A stretch of 64,000 nt of DNA. Source: Hyphomicrobium sp. (GTDB lineage Bacteria > Pseudomonadota > Alphaproteobacteria > Rhizobiales > Hyphomicrobiaceae). Below, one piece after another: positions 10,622-19,436 of the stretch. Each line of letters starts with the position of its first letter. Positions within the stretch are counted from its first letter, which is position 1. The notes under the pieces are model-generated. The model did no database searches. It was not told the DNA's origin and worked only from the letters and a program-made list of their open reading frames with translations. A program made the position numbers and the translations under genes. The DNA is taken from NCBI GenBank assembly GCA_031402935.1, contig JANNSR010000076.1, forward strand, positions 665 to 64,664, in the 5' to 3' direction.

Positions 10622-11128
10622 TCAAGGCGCGGCAGCGTGCTGTGTTGCGGCCAGCGGCAACGGGACGGCGGCGCGAGCATCTGTCAAGACTGAAGCAATC
10701 ACCGCGACCTGCGGCTGGCCGGCGGACTGCCGCGCCATCCTGAAATTCTGCACGAGAGCGCTCGACAGTTTCTCCATTGCCGGACGGTCGAGCGCAGGAG
10801 CCGATGGCGGTAGCGGCCCGCCGGCATGAAGCGCGACAGACTCGCGCGCAATACGCGGACCATCCTGACACGTAAACTGAACGCCCGCATTGGCGCCTTG
10901 CACATGGCGCACGTCGCACTCGGCGGACGCGCCGCTGCCGTCCCAGACTAAGCGCAGGCGATACGGCAATGACACCGGCTCGCCGAAATCCAACAACGCG
11001 CCACCCTCGGAAATATCGCGGACGATACAGCGCAGCGGCGGACGGCCGGACATGACCGCGCGGGCATGTTGAAACGTCGGGCGGCGGCCAAAGGCGCGCC
11101 GGTCGGCAGAGGATCCGGGTCTAGTCAT
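10622..11128 (-). CDS. PilZ domain protein (putative c-di-GMP receptor)
   Basis: RRAFGRR (the RxxxR motif) and DISEGG (the DxSxxG motif) are correctly spaced. The start is set at ATG 11128 rather than the ORF-track start at 11218. The C-terminal roughly 70 aa are not recognisable. Confidence 0.55.
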   Translation of the reverse strand: MTRPGSSADRRAFGRRPTFQHARAVMSGRPPLRCIVRDISEGGALLDFGEPVSLPYRLRLVWDGSGASAECDVRHVQGANAGVQFTCQDGPRIARESVALHAGGPLPPSAPALDRPAMEKLSSALVQNFRMARQSAGQPQVAVIASVLTDARAAVPLPLAATQHAAAP

Positions 11129-11264
11129 AGATTGGTAACTCTTGAGCAGTGCGTTGAGTCCGGCCAGCGCGGGCCGCACCCCTGCCGCGTGCCTGCTATT
11201 GCAGCGGCCCCGGCACACTCAAGGTTTGACGGAATTTCTTTAATTCGGCTTTACCGGCTGACCG

Positions 11265-11960
11265 TCAAACGCTTAAGCGGCGCACGATTTCGGCGCGGAC
11301 GGCCAGCAATTCTGGCGTCCAGCCGGCGGTATTGGCGGCGATCAGGTTGGCTTGCGATTTGAGGATCACGCCGTCGTCGAGGATTTTAAGGCCGTTGGCG
11401 CGCAGCGTCTCGCCCGTCGTCGTGATATCGACGATCAGTTCGGCTGTCCCAGCGGCGGGTGTGCCTTCGGTCGCGCCCAGGCTTTCGACGATGCGGTAGT
11501 CGCCGAAGCCCTTGGCGGCAAAAAAGCGCCGCGTGATGCTCATGTATTTGGTGGCAACTCGCGGCCAGCGGCCATGGTGGCGGCGGAAGATCAGCGCCGC
11601 GTCCTCGAGATCGGCGACCGTTGCGACGTCGATCCACCAGGAGGGCACTGCGACGACGACATCAGCGAAGCCGAAGCCGAGAGGCTTGCAAAACGTCACG
11701 CGCGTATCGGCGCCGGGAATCGTCTCGCGGATCAGATCTTCGCCCGTGATGCCGAGGTGGACGCTGCCGTTTTTCAGCGCCGCAGCGATTTCTGACGACG
11801 AAACGAAGGCGATGTCGACGTCTGGCATATCGCCGATCTCGCCGCGATAGCCGCGTGCGTGGCCGGTTTTGCGAACAACGAGGCCGGAGCGCGCGAACAG
11901 CTCGGTTGTCTGCTCCATCAAGCGGCCCTTGGAGGGGATGGCGAGGGTGAGCTTTCTCAT
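11265..11960 (-). CDS. hisG: ATP phosphoribosyltransferase, short form
   Basis: A 231-aa protein ([11 protein letters not shown]...) whose start overlaps the hisZ stop by 1 nt (TGATG). Confidence 0.9.
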   Translation of the reverse strand: MRKLTLAIPSKGRLMEQTTELFARSGLVVRKTGHARGYRGEIGDMPDVDIAFVSSSEIAAALKNGSVHLGITGEDLIRETIPGADTRVTFCKPLGFGFADVVVAVPSWWIDVATVADLEDAALIFRRHHGRWPRVATKYMSITRRFFAAKGFGDYRIVESLGATEGTPAAGTAELIVDITTTGETLRANGLKILDDGVILKSQANLIAANTAGWTPELLAVRAEIVRRLSV

Positions 11961-13138
11961 CAGCGCTGGCCTCCGGTGACGGCGAGGAGTCGCTCGGTGT
12001 GGATGGCGCCACCGACGGCCGGAACATCGACGCTTGCGCCCGCGAGCCGCATCAAGCCGTCGTAGCGGCCGCCGCCCGCAACGGGGCTTTCGGCATCGAG
12101 ACCCGGTGCGGTGACTTCGAACACGAGGCCGGTGTAGTAGGCGAGGTTGCGGCCAAATTCAGCGGAAAACGTCACGCGGTCGAGATCGATGCCGGCATTC
12201 GCGATCAACGCGAGGCGGCGGTCGTAGACGTCGAGCGCGGCTTCCGATCCGACGTTGGCGCCTTTGAGCAGGCTGGCGATGCGCTGTCCCGCCGTGCCCG
12301 CCGGACCTGACACCGCGACGTAGCTTTCGACGAGGCGCGCTTGCGCCGCATCGAGCGGCTTGGCGTCGAGATCGGCGGCGATACCGGCGAGGCGTTCGGT
12401 CAGTTCCGCGACCGTGCGCGTGCCGGTTGCCTCCAGGCCGAGGCGATCCAAATAGCCGTTAACGATAGATTCTTTTGAAAAGTTATCCCCGCGTCCCAGC
12501 GCGGCCGCAAGATCGAGGGGAAGCGCGCGGGCAGATGCTGCCGGCGGCGTGGTTAACCGTTTCAGCTCATCGCGAAACGCGCCGCGCCGGCCGAAGGCAT
12601 CCGCCAGCCGCTTCTGCCACCGCGGCGGAATGTTCGCTGCGGCGAGGATCGAACGAAAGAGGCCGAGGTCACCGAGATGCAGCGACCAGGTTTTAAGACC
12701 GGCAGTTTCAAGAGCGCGAACGATCAACGCGATCGTCTCGGCTTCGGCAGCTTCGCGCGCGCTGTCGCCAAAGCGTTCGATGCCGGCCTGGCGGAATTCG
12801 CGCGGGTGATTGGCGTCGGCGGCTTGAGGCTGATAGCGGAAGGCCGGGCCGTTGTAGCAATACTTGGCGCGCGTTTGCGGCGCGCTCCCGTTGCGGGCGA
12901 TGTGCAGGCGGCAGGTTGGAACCGTCAAGTCGGGGCGCAGGCAAAGCTCGCTGCCTTCCGGATCGGTGAAGACGTAGGTGCGGGCGCGCAAATCTTCGCC
13001 GATGGCGTCGAGGAACACGTCTGCGGGTTGGATGACGGCGGGCGCAACGGCGTCGTGCCCGGCCTTGGTGAAGACCGACATCAGCAGCTGAGCCTGGGTT
13101 TCCAGATCAGAAAATTTTTGCGCGGTTTCAGCGGGCAT
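11960..13138 (-). CDS. hisZ: ATP phosphoribosyltransferase regulatory subunit HisZ
   Basis: A HisRS-like core without an anticodon-binding domain, located upstream of the short hisG. The start is set at ATG 13138 (MPAETAQKF), because the longer ORF-track N-terminus is a translation of a repeat element. Confidence 0.85.
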   Translation of the reverse strand: MPAETAQKFSDLETQAQLLMSVFTKAGHDAVAPAVIQPADVFLDAIGEDLRARTYVFTDPEGSELCLRPDLTVPTCRLHIARNGSAPQTRAKYCYNGPAFRYQPQAADANHPREFRQAGIERFGDSAREAAEAETIALIVRALETAGLKTWSLHLGDLGLFRSILAAANIPPRWQKRLADAFGRRGAFRDELKRLTTPPAASARALPLDLAAALGRGDNFSKESIVNGYLDRLGLEATGTRTVAELTERLAGIAADLDAKPLDAAQARLVESYVAVSGPAGTAGQRIASLLKGANVGSEAALDVYDRRLALIANAGIDLDRVTFSAEFGRNLAYYTGLVFEVTAPGLDAESPVAGGGRYDGLMRLAGASVDVPAVGGAIHTERLLAVTGGQR

Positions 13139-13188
13139 GGCGCAGCTCACTACCGTCGCCACGCACCCGATCGGCGCGGCGCAATCGT

Positions 13189-13349
13189 CCCCCCTCCCCT
13201 TGACGGGGAGGGGTCGGGGGTGGGGTGGCGAGCTGGGCGGAACGGTCGCAAAATTTTGCCAAAGTTCGCCGAACAGACGCAGCCTCTCGGGCGCCATCCC
13301 GCACGCGCGATCCCCCCACCCCTAACCCCTCCCCGCAGAGGGGGAGGGG
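13189..13349. repeat. inverted pair of G/C-tract hairpin (REP-like) elements
   Basis: Element 1 (13189-13228) is CCCCCCTCCCC-TTGAC-GGGGAGGGG-TC-GGGGGTGGGGTGG. Element 2 (13312-13349) is CCCCCCACCCC-TAA-CCCCTCCCC-GCAGA-GGGGGAGGGG, which is approximately the reverse complement of element 1. The pair lies in the hisZ-hisS intergenic region. Confidence 0.8.
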
Positions 13350-13405
13350 AACAGCCCGGAGTGAGCGGCAAGAATTGCGAGTGGTGGCCCGGAACATGGC
13401 TCAGT

Positions 13406-14908
13406 TCAGCCTGTGTGACGCGCGATGATTTTTCGGACTTCGGCGATCATGCTGGATTCTGGAACGGACATTTGCGCGGGGCGCGCTTCCTTCCATTCCT
13501 TGTTGTCCTTGATGGCCGCTGCCAACTTCGCGCCTTCGATCAGGTCTTTGATCGTGACTTCGCCGCGGGCGCGTTCATCCGAGCCTTGGATGATCACGCA
13601 CGGCGCGTTGCGCTTGTCGGCGTATTTCATCTGCGCCTTCATGCCGGAGGCGCCGAGGTACATCTCGGCACGGATGCCGGCGGCGCGAAGTGTTTGGACC
13701 ATTTTCTGGTAGGTGGCGATCTCGGCCTTGTCCATGACAAGCACGACGACGGGACCGATGGCCTGCGCGGGCTTTGCGCCGATGAGGCTGAGTGCCGCTT
13801 GCAGACGCGAGACGCCGATGGAAAAGCCGGTGGCTGGAACCTTTTGGCCAGTGAAACGGCTGACCAGATCGTCGTAGCGGCCGCCGCCGCCGACGGAGCC
13901 GAAGCGGACGGGCGCGCCGTTTTCGTCTTTGGTTTGGAACGTCAGTTCGGCTTCGAACACTGGGCCGGTGTAGTATTCGAGGCCGCGGACGACGGTCGCA
14001 TCGAACGACACGCGGTCGGTGCCATACCCGGCAGCGCGCACGCATTTCGCGATGTCCTGAAGTTCATCGACGCCCGATGTGCCGCTTTGCGACCCGCCGC
14101 TGGCGGATCGCCACGTCTCAAAGGACGACTGTGCGGAAGTGGCGGGCGTTTTGGTGATAAAGCCAAGGATCGTTTCGGATTGCTTTGGATCGAGCCCGGC
14201 ACCCTTCGTGAAATCGCCGCTCTCGTCCTTGCGGCCAGGGCCAAGCAATTGGCGCACGCCATCGATGCCGAGGCGGTCGAGCTTGTCGATGGCGCGCAGT
14301 ACGATCAGGCGGCGCGCGGCATTGTCATCACCGCCGAGACCGGCCGCCTCCATCACGCCGTCGAGGATTTTGCGGTTGCTGACCTTGATGACGTACTTGC
14401 CCTTGAGGCCCAGCGCCTCAAGCGTATCGGCGGCGAGCATGCACATTTCGGCATCGGCTGCGACCGAGTCCGATCCGACCGTATCGGCGTCGAATTGCAG
14501 GAACTGCTTGAAGCGCCCCGGTCCCGGCTTCTCGTTGCGGTAGACGGGGCCGAAGGCATAGCGGCGGAACGGTTTGGGGAGCTTATCGAAATTCTGCGCG
14601 ACGTAGCGGGCCAGCGGCGCGGTGAGATCGTAGCGGAGCGACATCCACTGCCCGCCTTCACTAGACGAGTCTTCATCTTGAAACGAGAACACGCCGGCGT
14701 TGGGCCGGTCCTGGTCGGGCAGGAATTTGCCCAGTGCATCGGTGTATTCGAGCGCGGGTGTTTCAAGCGCGTCGAAGCCATAGCGCTCGTAGACCTCGCG
14801 GATGACGGCGAGCATCTGGTTCTGCCCTTGAAGCTCACCAGCTTCGATGTCGCGAAAACCCTTCGCGACCCGCGCTTGCGGGCGGGCATCTTTGTTGCTG
14901 TTCGACAT
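13406..14908 (-). CDS. hisS: histidine--tRNA ligase
   Basis: Class II aaRS motifs are present (FRYERPQ-like [24 protein letters not shown]) together with an anticodon-binding C-terminus. The start is set at ATG 14908 (MSNSNKD). Confidence 0.9.
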   Translation of the reverse strand: MSNSNKDARPQARVAKGFRDIEAGELQGQNQMLAVIREVYERYGFDALETPALEYTDALGKFLPDQDRPNAGVFSFQDEDSSSEGGQWMSLRYDLTAPLARYVAQNFDKLPKPFRRYAFGPVYRNEKPGPGRFKQFLQFDADTVGSDSVAADAEMCMLAADTLEALGLKGKYVIKVSNRKILDGVMEAAGLGGDDNAARRLIVLRAIDKLDRLGIDGVRQLLGPGRKDESGDFTKGAGLDPKQSETILGFITKTPATSAQSSFETWRSASGGSQSGTSGVDELQDIAKCVRAAGYGTDRVSFDATVVRGLEYYTGPVFEAELTFQTKDENGAPVRFGSVGGGGRYDDLVSRFTGQKVPATGFSIGVSRLQAALSLIGAKPAQAIGPVVVLVMDKAEIATYQKMVQTLRAAGIRAEMYLGASGMKAQMKYADKRNAPCVIIQGSDERARGEVTIKDLIEGAKLAAAIKDNKEWKEARPAQMSVPESSMIAEVRKIIARHTG

Positions 14909-15040
14909 GAAAACTTGAAGGTTGCTGAGGCACCAAAGCGGGCCCGTGATGGATCGAGCCGCCTTATAGCGGAACGATTGCTCGCGCGAAAGGCGCGAGT
15001 CCCTAGGCGCGATCAGTCTGCGGAAAGCCCCGCAAACTCC

Positions 15041-15067
15041 GTCATCCCGGCGCAGACCGGGACCCAC
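15041..15067. repeat. short palindromic intergenic element (GTCATCCCGGCGCAGACCGGGACCCAC)
   Basis: It contains TCCCGG-N6-CCGGGA. This sequence type, which translates as VIPAQ.GTH in spurious ORFs, is one I recognise as a dispersed repeat in Rhizobiales intergenic regions. Confidence 0.5.
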
Positions 15068-15172
15068 GACAGCTGGCTACAAGACCGTTGGTTAGGTTTA
15101 ATGCAGGTTGTGACGGCAGCGCGGCAATTTCCAGCGTCCCGCTCTTTGCGGCTTGTCGTGGATGGCCGCCTC

Positions 15173-15257
15173 CGCGGCCATGACGGTGGTGGGTTGGAGG
15201 CCTGTTGCAACAACACTACGTTCCGTGACTTTCGCGGCCATGACGGCGGTTGGGTGG
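15173..15257. repeat. two direct copies of CGCGGCCATGACGG(T/C)GGT(G/T)GG(T/G)TGG spaced 60 bp
   Basis: The copies lie at 15173-15197 and 15233-15257 and were read directly. They are in the hisS-upstream intergenic region. Confidence 0.8.
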
Positions 15258-15307
15258 ACACTTTGCGGCAAGCGGCGGCTCAGCGGATTGCGTCCCGCGA
15301 CGAGGCT

Positions 15308-16498
15308 TCAACCCTGCCCGCGCCAGCGCGTGTAGCGGCGGTAGTAGGCGCGCAGCCGCGCGTTTTTGCGCAGGCGGCCCTTGGCACGATGGTAGACGGC
15401 GCGGGGGACTGCTGCGAGATCGCGGGCAACGATCAGATCGTGCAGCGGGATTTCAGCAGCGCCGAAACCGCGTTTGAACGGGTAGTCGCCGATGCCCATG
15501 TCGAAACGGCGCACGCCGCGATGGACGAAATATTTCATGGCCTCGACTATGATCAGACGGCCAGGCGACAGGTGGCTCCAGCGGTCGCCGCCGTTGGCGA
15601 TGCGCAGCAGCGTGAAGGTGCCGTCGTGGCTGATGCCGAACAGCGTGGCGATGGTCTCGTTGCCAGCGTCGAGCGTGAAGATGTAGCCAAGCTCGGCCTC
15701 CGTGCCGTCCATCACCAGGCGCTCGTAAAAGGCGCGGTAGGCGGGTTCATCGAGGATGTACTTGCTGCCCAGCGCTTCATGGCGCGCCAGCTGCTGTTCT
15801 TCGAGGATCGTGTAGGCGCGGGCGATGTCTTCGGGTTCCGTGACGCGGCGGAACTTCGGCGTGCCTTCCTTTTCCCAAAGGCGGTAGCAGCGCTCGACTT
15901 CCTTGCGGTATTTTTTGCCGAGTTCGGCAATGTAATCCTCGACGAACGTCGGGATCGTCACGACGTTGCCCGACAGCCGCGACGGCGTCAGGCCGGCGCG
16001 CGTCAACAGCGGATTGGGGCGGTCGCCGATGGTCTCCGGCATTTTCTCAAGCCGGATCATATCGACGTCGCGCAACGCGTGGCGGACGGTGCGCCAGGCG
16101 CGGCGGATCGAGCGGCGTTTCGTGAGAAGTGCTGGGCCCAGGATCGGGCCGCCGTAGTCGGAGACGCCGAGATCGGCGAAGCGGGCGACGCGCAGAGTGC
16201 GCTTTTTCTTGATCAACAGCGGCAGAATGAGCGCCACCTCGCCCGAGTTGCGCTCGGTGACAACGATGAGCCGCGGCATGGCGCGCTGTGCCGGCGCCAG
16301 TTCCTCGTAGAGAACAGTCAGCCAATTGAGCGATTGAAAACCGCTCGAAATCAGCCCGCCTTGCACGGCTTCAAGGGCTGCAAGCGCCTCGTCGGCGCCG
16401 TCGAAGATTTCGGCAACGAAGCGCGGCCCACGCCACGACAACGTGCGCGAGCGTGGGGACGAAGCTTGAAATGCGGCGCTGTTACTCAAGGCGACCAT
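15308..16498 (-). CDS. GNAT-superfamily acyltransferase, FemAB/CelD-like (Acetyltransf_6-like)
   Basis: The 396-aa protein resembles the CelD/BioF2-like acetyltransferase family in its C-terminal region (LGSKYILDEPAYRAFYERLV...FTLLRIANGGDRWSHLSPGRLII..FDMGIGDYPFKRGF). The assignment is from memory. Confidence 0.55.
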   Translation of the reverse strand: MVALSNSAAFQASSPRSRTLSWRGPRFVAEIFDGADEALAALEAVQGGLISSGFQSLNWLTVLYEELAPAQRAMPRLIVVTERNSGEVALILPLLIKKKRTLRVARFADLGVSDYGGPILGPALLTKRRSIRRAWRTVRHALRDVDMIRLEKMPETIGDRPNPLLTRAGLTPSRLSGNVVTIPTFVEDYIAELGKKYRKEVERCYRLWEKEGTPKFRRVTEPEDIARAYTILEEQQLARHEALGSKYILDEPAYRAFYERLVMDGTEAELGYIFTLDAGNETIATLFGISHDGTFTLLRIANGGDRWSHLSPGRLIIVEAMKYFVHRGVRRFDMGIGDYPFKRGFGAAEIPLHDLIVARDLAAVPRAVYHRAKGRLRKNARLRAYYRRYTRWRGQG

Positions 16499-16528
16499 CG
16501 TGCGTTCAAGACCCCCGCGTCCCCTGCC

Positions 16529-17467
16529 CTATTCCGCCGCGACGCTGAGATCGATGATGGCGCCCGGACGAACCGGATCGAGCTTGAAGTCGATGGCGCG
16601 GCGGGATTTGCGCGCGCTCTTGAGAAGCCCGGCGCGCTTGACGCCGGCTTGCAGCGCCGCCTTGGCCCAGAAGGCCGGACCAGCCGTCGCTTGGCTCTTG
16701 GGCTTGAGGCCGGCCTTGTGGCGCAGGATGCCGTTGGCCATGGTGATCATCTGCTTGCGGCGGATGGCCTCCGTCCAATACTCGGTCGTCATCGAGACGT
16801 TGAGGCAATCGAGATTTTCGACGCGGTGCGGCGCGTTGAGCGGCCAGTGCAGCATCTCGCCGCCGCCGATTTCAAAAACCGTGGCGCCGGTGTCGTAAGA
16901 GGGGTCGTATTTCATATCGACCTCGACCTCGAACAGCGCGATGTTTTCGAGCTGCTCGGGCGTCAGATAGGGCGCGGTGTTGGGATAAACGAAGACGCGC
17001 TTGCGGCCATGGATCTGCCACAGCGATTGGCCGGGCAAATCGCAGTGGTAATAGACCTGCGCATTCGGCGACGAGATCAAAATGCCGGATGTGCGGTTGT
17101 AGGTCTGATAGCCGCCGGTGTTTTGGTCGACCTCAGTGAACGCCGCGTCGAGCAGATCGCGGTAGCGCTTATCGACCTGGCTGACGTTGCGCAGGTTCAG
17201 CCACATGCGGCCGCTGCGAATGGCGTCGATGACGTCGCGGCCCTTGAGGCCGCCGATGTCGCCCTCGCGCCAGGTTTTGCGCGCCGAGCCCTGCGGACCC
17301 ATGTGGACGAGCGAATAGTGCTGACGCGGATAACCGTCGATCAGATCGGCGAGCGCGTTGAGCGAAAACAGCGGATGGCGATCGAGACTGTGCGACGCGT
17401 TCAGGGGCGCCTTGCCCCAGGCCGCCGTCAACTCAGGCGTCCAATTGGTAAAGATCGGCTCAGTCAT
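16529..17467 (-). CDS. cupin / JmjC-like putative Fe(II)-2OG oxygenase
   Basis: HxD (YYHCDLPG) and a distal His (WPLNAPHRV) sit in a beta-rich context. The start is ATG 17467 or ATG 17500. The stop is 30 bp upstream of the GNAT gene. Confidence 0.5.
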   Translation of the reverse strand: MTEPIFTNWTPELTAAWGKAPLNASHSLDRHPLFSLNALADLIDGYPRQHYSLVHMGPQGSARKTWREGDIGGLKGRDVIDAIRSGRMWLNLRNVSQVDKRYRDLLDAAFTEVDQNTGGYQTYNRTSGILISSPNAQVYYHCDLPGQSLWQIHGRKRVFVYPNTAPYLTPEQLENIALFEVEVDMKYDPSYDTGATVFEIGGGEMLHWPLNAPHRVENLDCLNVSMTTEYWTEAIRRKQMITMANGILRHKAGLKPKSQATAGPAFWAKAALQAGVKRAGLLKSARKSRRAIDFKLDPVRPGAIIDLSVAAE

Positions 17468-17610
17468 ACGCACACACCCTGGGTTCTTGAGACCGGTCAT
17501 CTGTCCAATGCGGACACCCCGCTCCGGTACCCCCTAGGAAATGCAAGTATCGTGCTTAAGACGGGTACGTCAATTCAATTGGCGGCAATGGTCAATTTCC
17601 AGGACGCGCG

Positions 17611-18381
17611 TTATCCGGGGCCGGCAATGACAGCGCTGGCGGCAACCAGAAACGCCGCTTCGAACGCCTGTTCGGTCGCGCCAAGTACGTCGCCCGTGAT
17701 GCCCCCTATACGGCGTTTAGCAACAATTGTGACACAGGCCGCCGCCAGCAGTCCGGCAATGAAACCCGCGATCAGTGTGGCGGGGGTGAGGCAAGTGACG
17801 GCGATTGCCACGGCGATCATGCAGGCGATGGCGAGTTCCGGCGACGTGACTGCGGTTGCAAGCGGGCCGGATTTGGCGAGCGCGGGATCGCCCGCGTATG
17901 GCAGCGCCCACATGGCGGCGACAGCTGCTAGACGCGCGCCGGCGTGCGCCACGACCAGCGTCCGCGCAGCCGACATCGGATCGAGCGGGATCAATGCCGC
18001 CGCCTTGAAACCGAGGGCGATGAGCAGCGCGAGGATGCCGAAGGTGCCGATGCGGCTGTCCTTCATGATCTCGAGGCGGCGCTCGGGCGTTGTGCCGCCG
18101 AACAGCCCATCGGCGCTGTCAGCAAGGCCGTCCTCGTGCAAGGCGCCGGTGATGAATACGGCGGCTGCGAGCGCGACGACGATGGGAACCGGTTGCGGCA
18201 GAACAATCGCGGATGCCAGGAGTGCTGCGGCTGAGATGGCGCCGATGATGCCGCCGGCGAGCGGGAAATATTTGGCGGCGCGTGCGATTTCGGAGGCGTC
18301 GAACGCGTCGATTTTTCCTACAGGAAGCCGCGTCAGAAATTGGAGTGCGACGCGGACGAGGCGCGTTTCTCCAGCGATCAT
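17611..18381 (-). CDS. cobS: adenosylcobinamide-GDP ribazoletransferase (cobalamin synthase)
   Basis: A polytopic membrane protein beginning MIAGETRLVRVALQFLTRLPV. Its ATG at 18381 overlaps the cobT stop (ATGA). The longer ORF-track N-terminus is Arg/Ala-rich read-through. Confidence 0.85.
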   Translation of the reverse strand: MIAGETRLVRVALQFLTRLPVGKIDAFDASEIARAAKYFPLAGGIIGAISAAALLASAIVLPQPVPIVVALAAAVFITGALHEDGLADSADGLFGGTTPERRLEIMKDSRIGTFGILALLIALGFKAAALIPLDPMSAARTLVVAHAGARLAAVAAMWALPYAGDPALAKSGPLATAVTSPELAIACMIAVAIAVTCLTPATLIAGFIAGLLAAACVTIVAKRRIGGITGDVLGATEQAFEAAFLVAASAVIAGPG

Positions 18382-19436
18382 TCCGGATGCCCGCCTGGGT
18401 GCACGCTTGGCAGATCGGCCATGTCGCGCAACAGCAGTTCGGCGGCGCGCACCAGCGGCACGGCAAGGACCGCGCCGGTCCCTTCGCCCAGCCGCATACC
18501 GAGATCGAACAGCGGCGTGACGCGCAGATAATCGAGCAGCGCTTTGTGACCGGGCTCGGCTGAGCAATGGGAAAAAATGCAATGATCGAGCGTTTCGGGG
18601 TAGAGGCCGGAAGCGGCGATGGCGACGGATGTGCCGATAAAGCCGTCGACGATAATGATGCGACCGGCGACGGCCGCGGCGGTCATGGCGCCGGCCATCA
18701 TGACCATTTCAAAGCCGGCGAACTGGCGCAAGGTTTCGAACGTCCGGGTTTTGAGATCGGGTTCGTTGATCGGCGCGCAGGCGAGCGTTTCTGCCAGCAC
18801 CTGGCGCTTGTGGTCGAGCCCGAGCGGCGGCGCACCGGCGCCAGGGCCGACAAGCAGATCAAGCGATACGCCGGTCAGCGTGTGGGCGACAAGCGTTGCG
18901 GCACTGGTGTTGCCGATGCCGATTTCGCCATAGGCGACGATGCCGACATTGTCGCGGCCAAGCGCTGTATCGATGGCGCGGCCCTCTGTCAGAGCCCTCG
19001 TGCATTGGTCATGCGTCATGGCCGGCTCGCGGCGCGAATTCTTGGTGCCGGTGCCCATGCGGCGGTCGAGCAGCATCGGGTGGGAGCAAAGCGGACGCAG
19101 CATCCCGGCATCGACGAGGATCACATCGACGCCAGCGGCACGCGCGCACATGTTGATGCCGGCACCGCCTGCCAATACGAGCTTAGCGATTTCGCGCGTG
19201 ACGGCGGAGGGGTAAGCGGTGACGCCTTCGGCGGTCAGTCCGTGATCGCCGGCGAAGACAACGACCTTCGCCGCGCCGAGGTCGGGCTCGAGCGATCCGG
19301 CGGCAATGCCGATCTGCACGGCGAGGTCCTCAAGGCGGCCGAGCGAACCCGGCGGCTTGGCCTTACCGGCGAGCCGGGCTTCGAGCTGCTCGCGCAAGGC
19401 AATGCGCCACAGCGAATTGTCTTCGTTGCGGGTCAT
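18378..19436 (-). CDS. cobT: nicotinate-nucleotide--dimethylbenzimidazole phosphoribosyltransferase
   Basis: The 352-aa protein has KPPGSLGRLE, GIGNTS and LGEGTGA motifs. Its ATG overlaps the glcF stop (ATGA at 19433-19436). Confidence 0.9.
   Translation of the reverse strand: MTRNEDNSLWRIALREQLEARLAGKAKPPGSLGRLEDLAVQIGIAAGSLEPDLGAAKVVVFAGDHGLTAEGVTAYPSAVTREIAKLVLAGGAGINMCARAAGVDVILVDAGMLRPLCSHPMLLDRRMGTGTKNSRREPAMTHDQCTRALTEGRAIDTALGRDNVGIVAYGEIGIGNTSAATLVAHTLTGVSLDLLVGPGAGAPPLGLDHKRQVLAETLACAPINEPDLKTRTFETLRQFAGFEMVMMAGAMTAAAVAGRIIIVDGFIGTSVAIAASGLYPETLDHCIFSHCSAEPGHKALLDYLRVTPLFDLGMRLGEGTGAVLAVPLVRAAELLLRDMADLPSVHPGGHPE

Noticed and set aside
13139-13297. Long N-terminal extensions in the ORF track for hisZ. 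The same problem affects hisS to 15067, cobS to 18582, glcD to 23649, rsmE to 27838, purD from 36751 and the ABC exporter to 43263.
   Set aside because: The extensions translate repeat elements or Arg/Pro-rich intergenic DNA. Internal ATGs give proteins that begin at the conserved family N-termini, and in the cobS case the internal ATG produces an ATGA overlap with the upstream gene.
12677-18520. A giant 1947-aa ORF on the plus strand, the longest ORF in the window.
   Set aside because: It runs antisense to hisZ, hisS, the GNAT gene, the cupin gene and cobS. Four of those minus-strand genes have start coordinates in the same phase (13138, 14908, 16498 and 17467 all equal 1 mod 3). The plus ORF uses exactly the same triplet register. 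In that register an antisense stop can arise only opposite the sense codons TTA, CTA or TCA, which are rare in this high-GC genome. The translation is Ala/Arg/Gly-rich low complexity with no recognisable domains, and it crosses repeat-filled intergenic regions. It is an artefact of composition.
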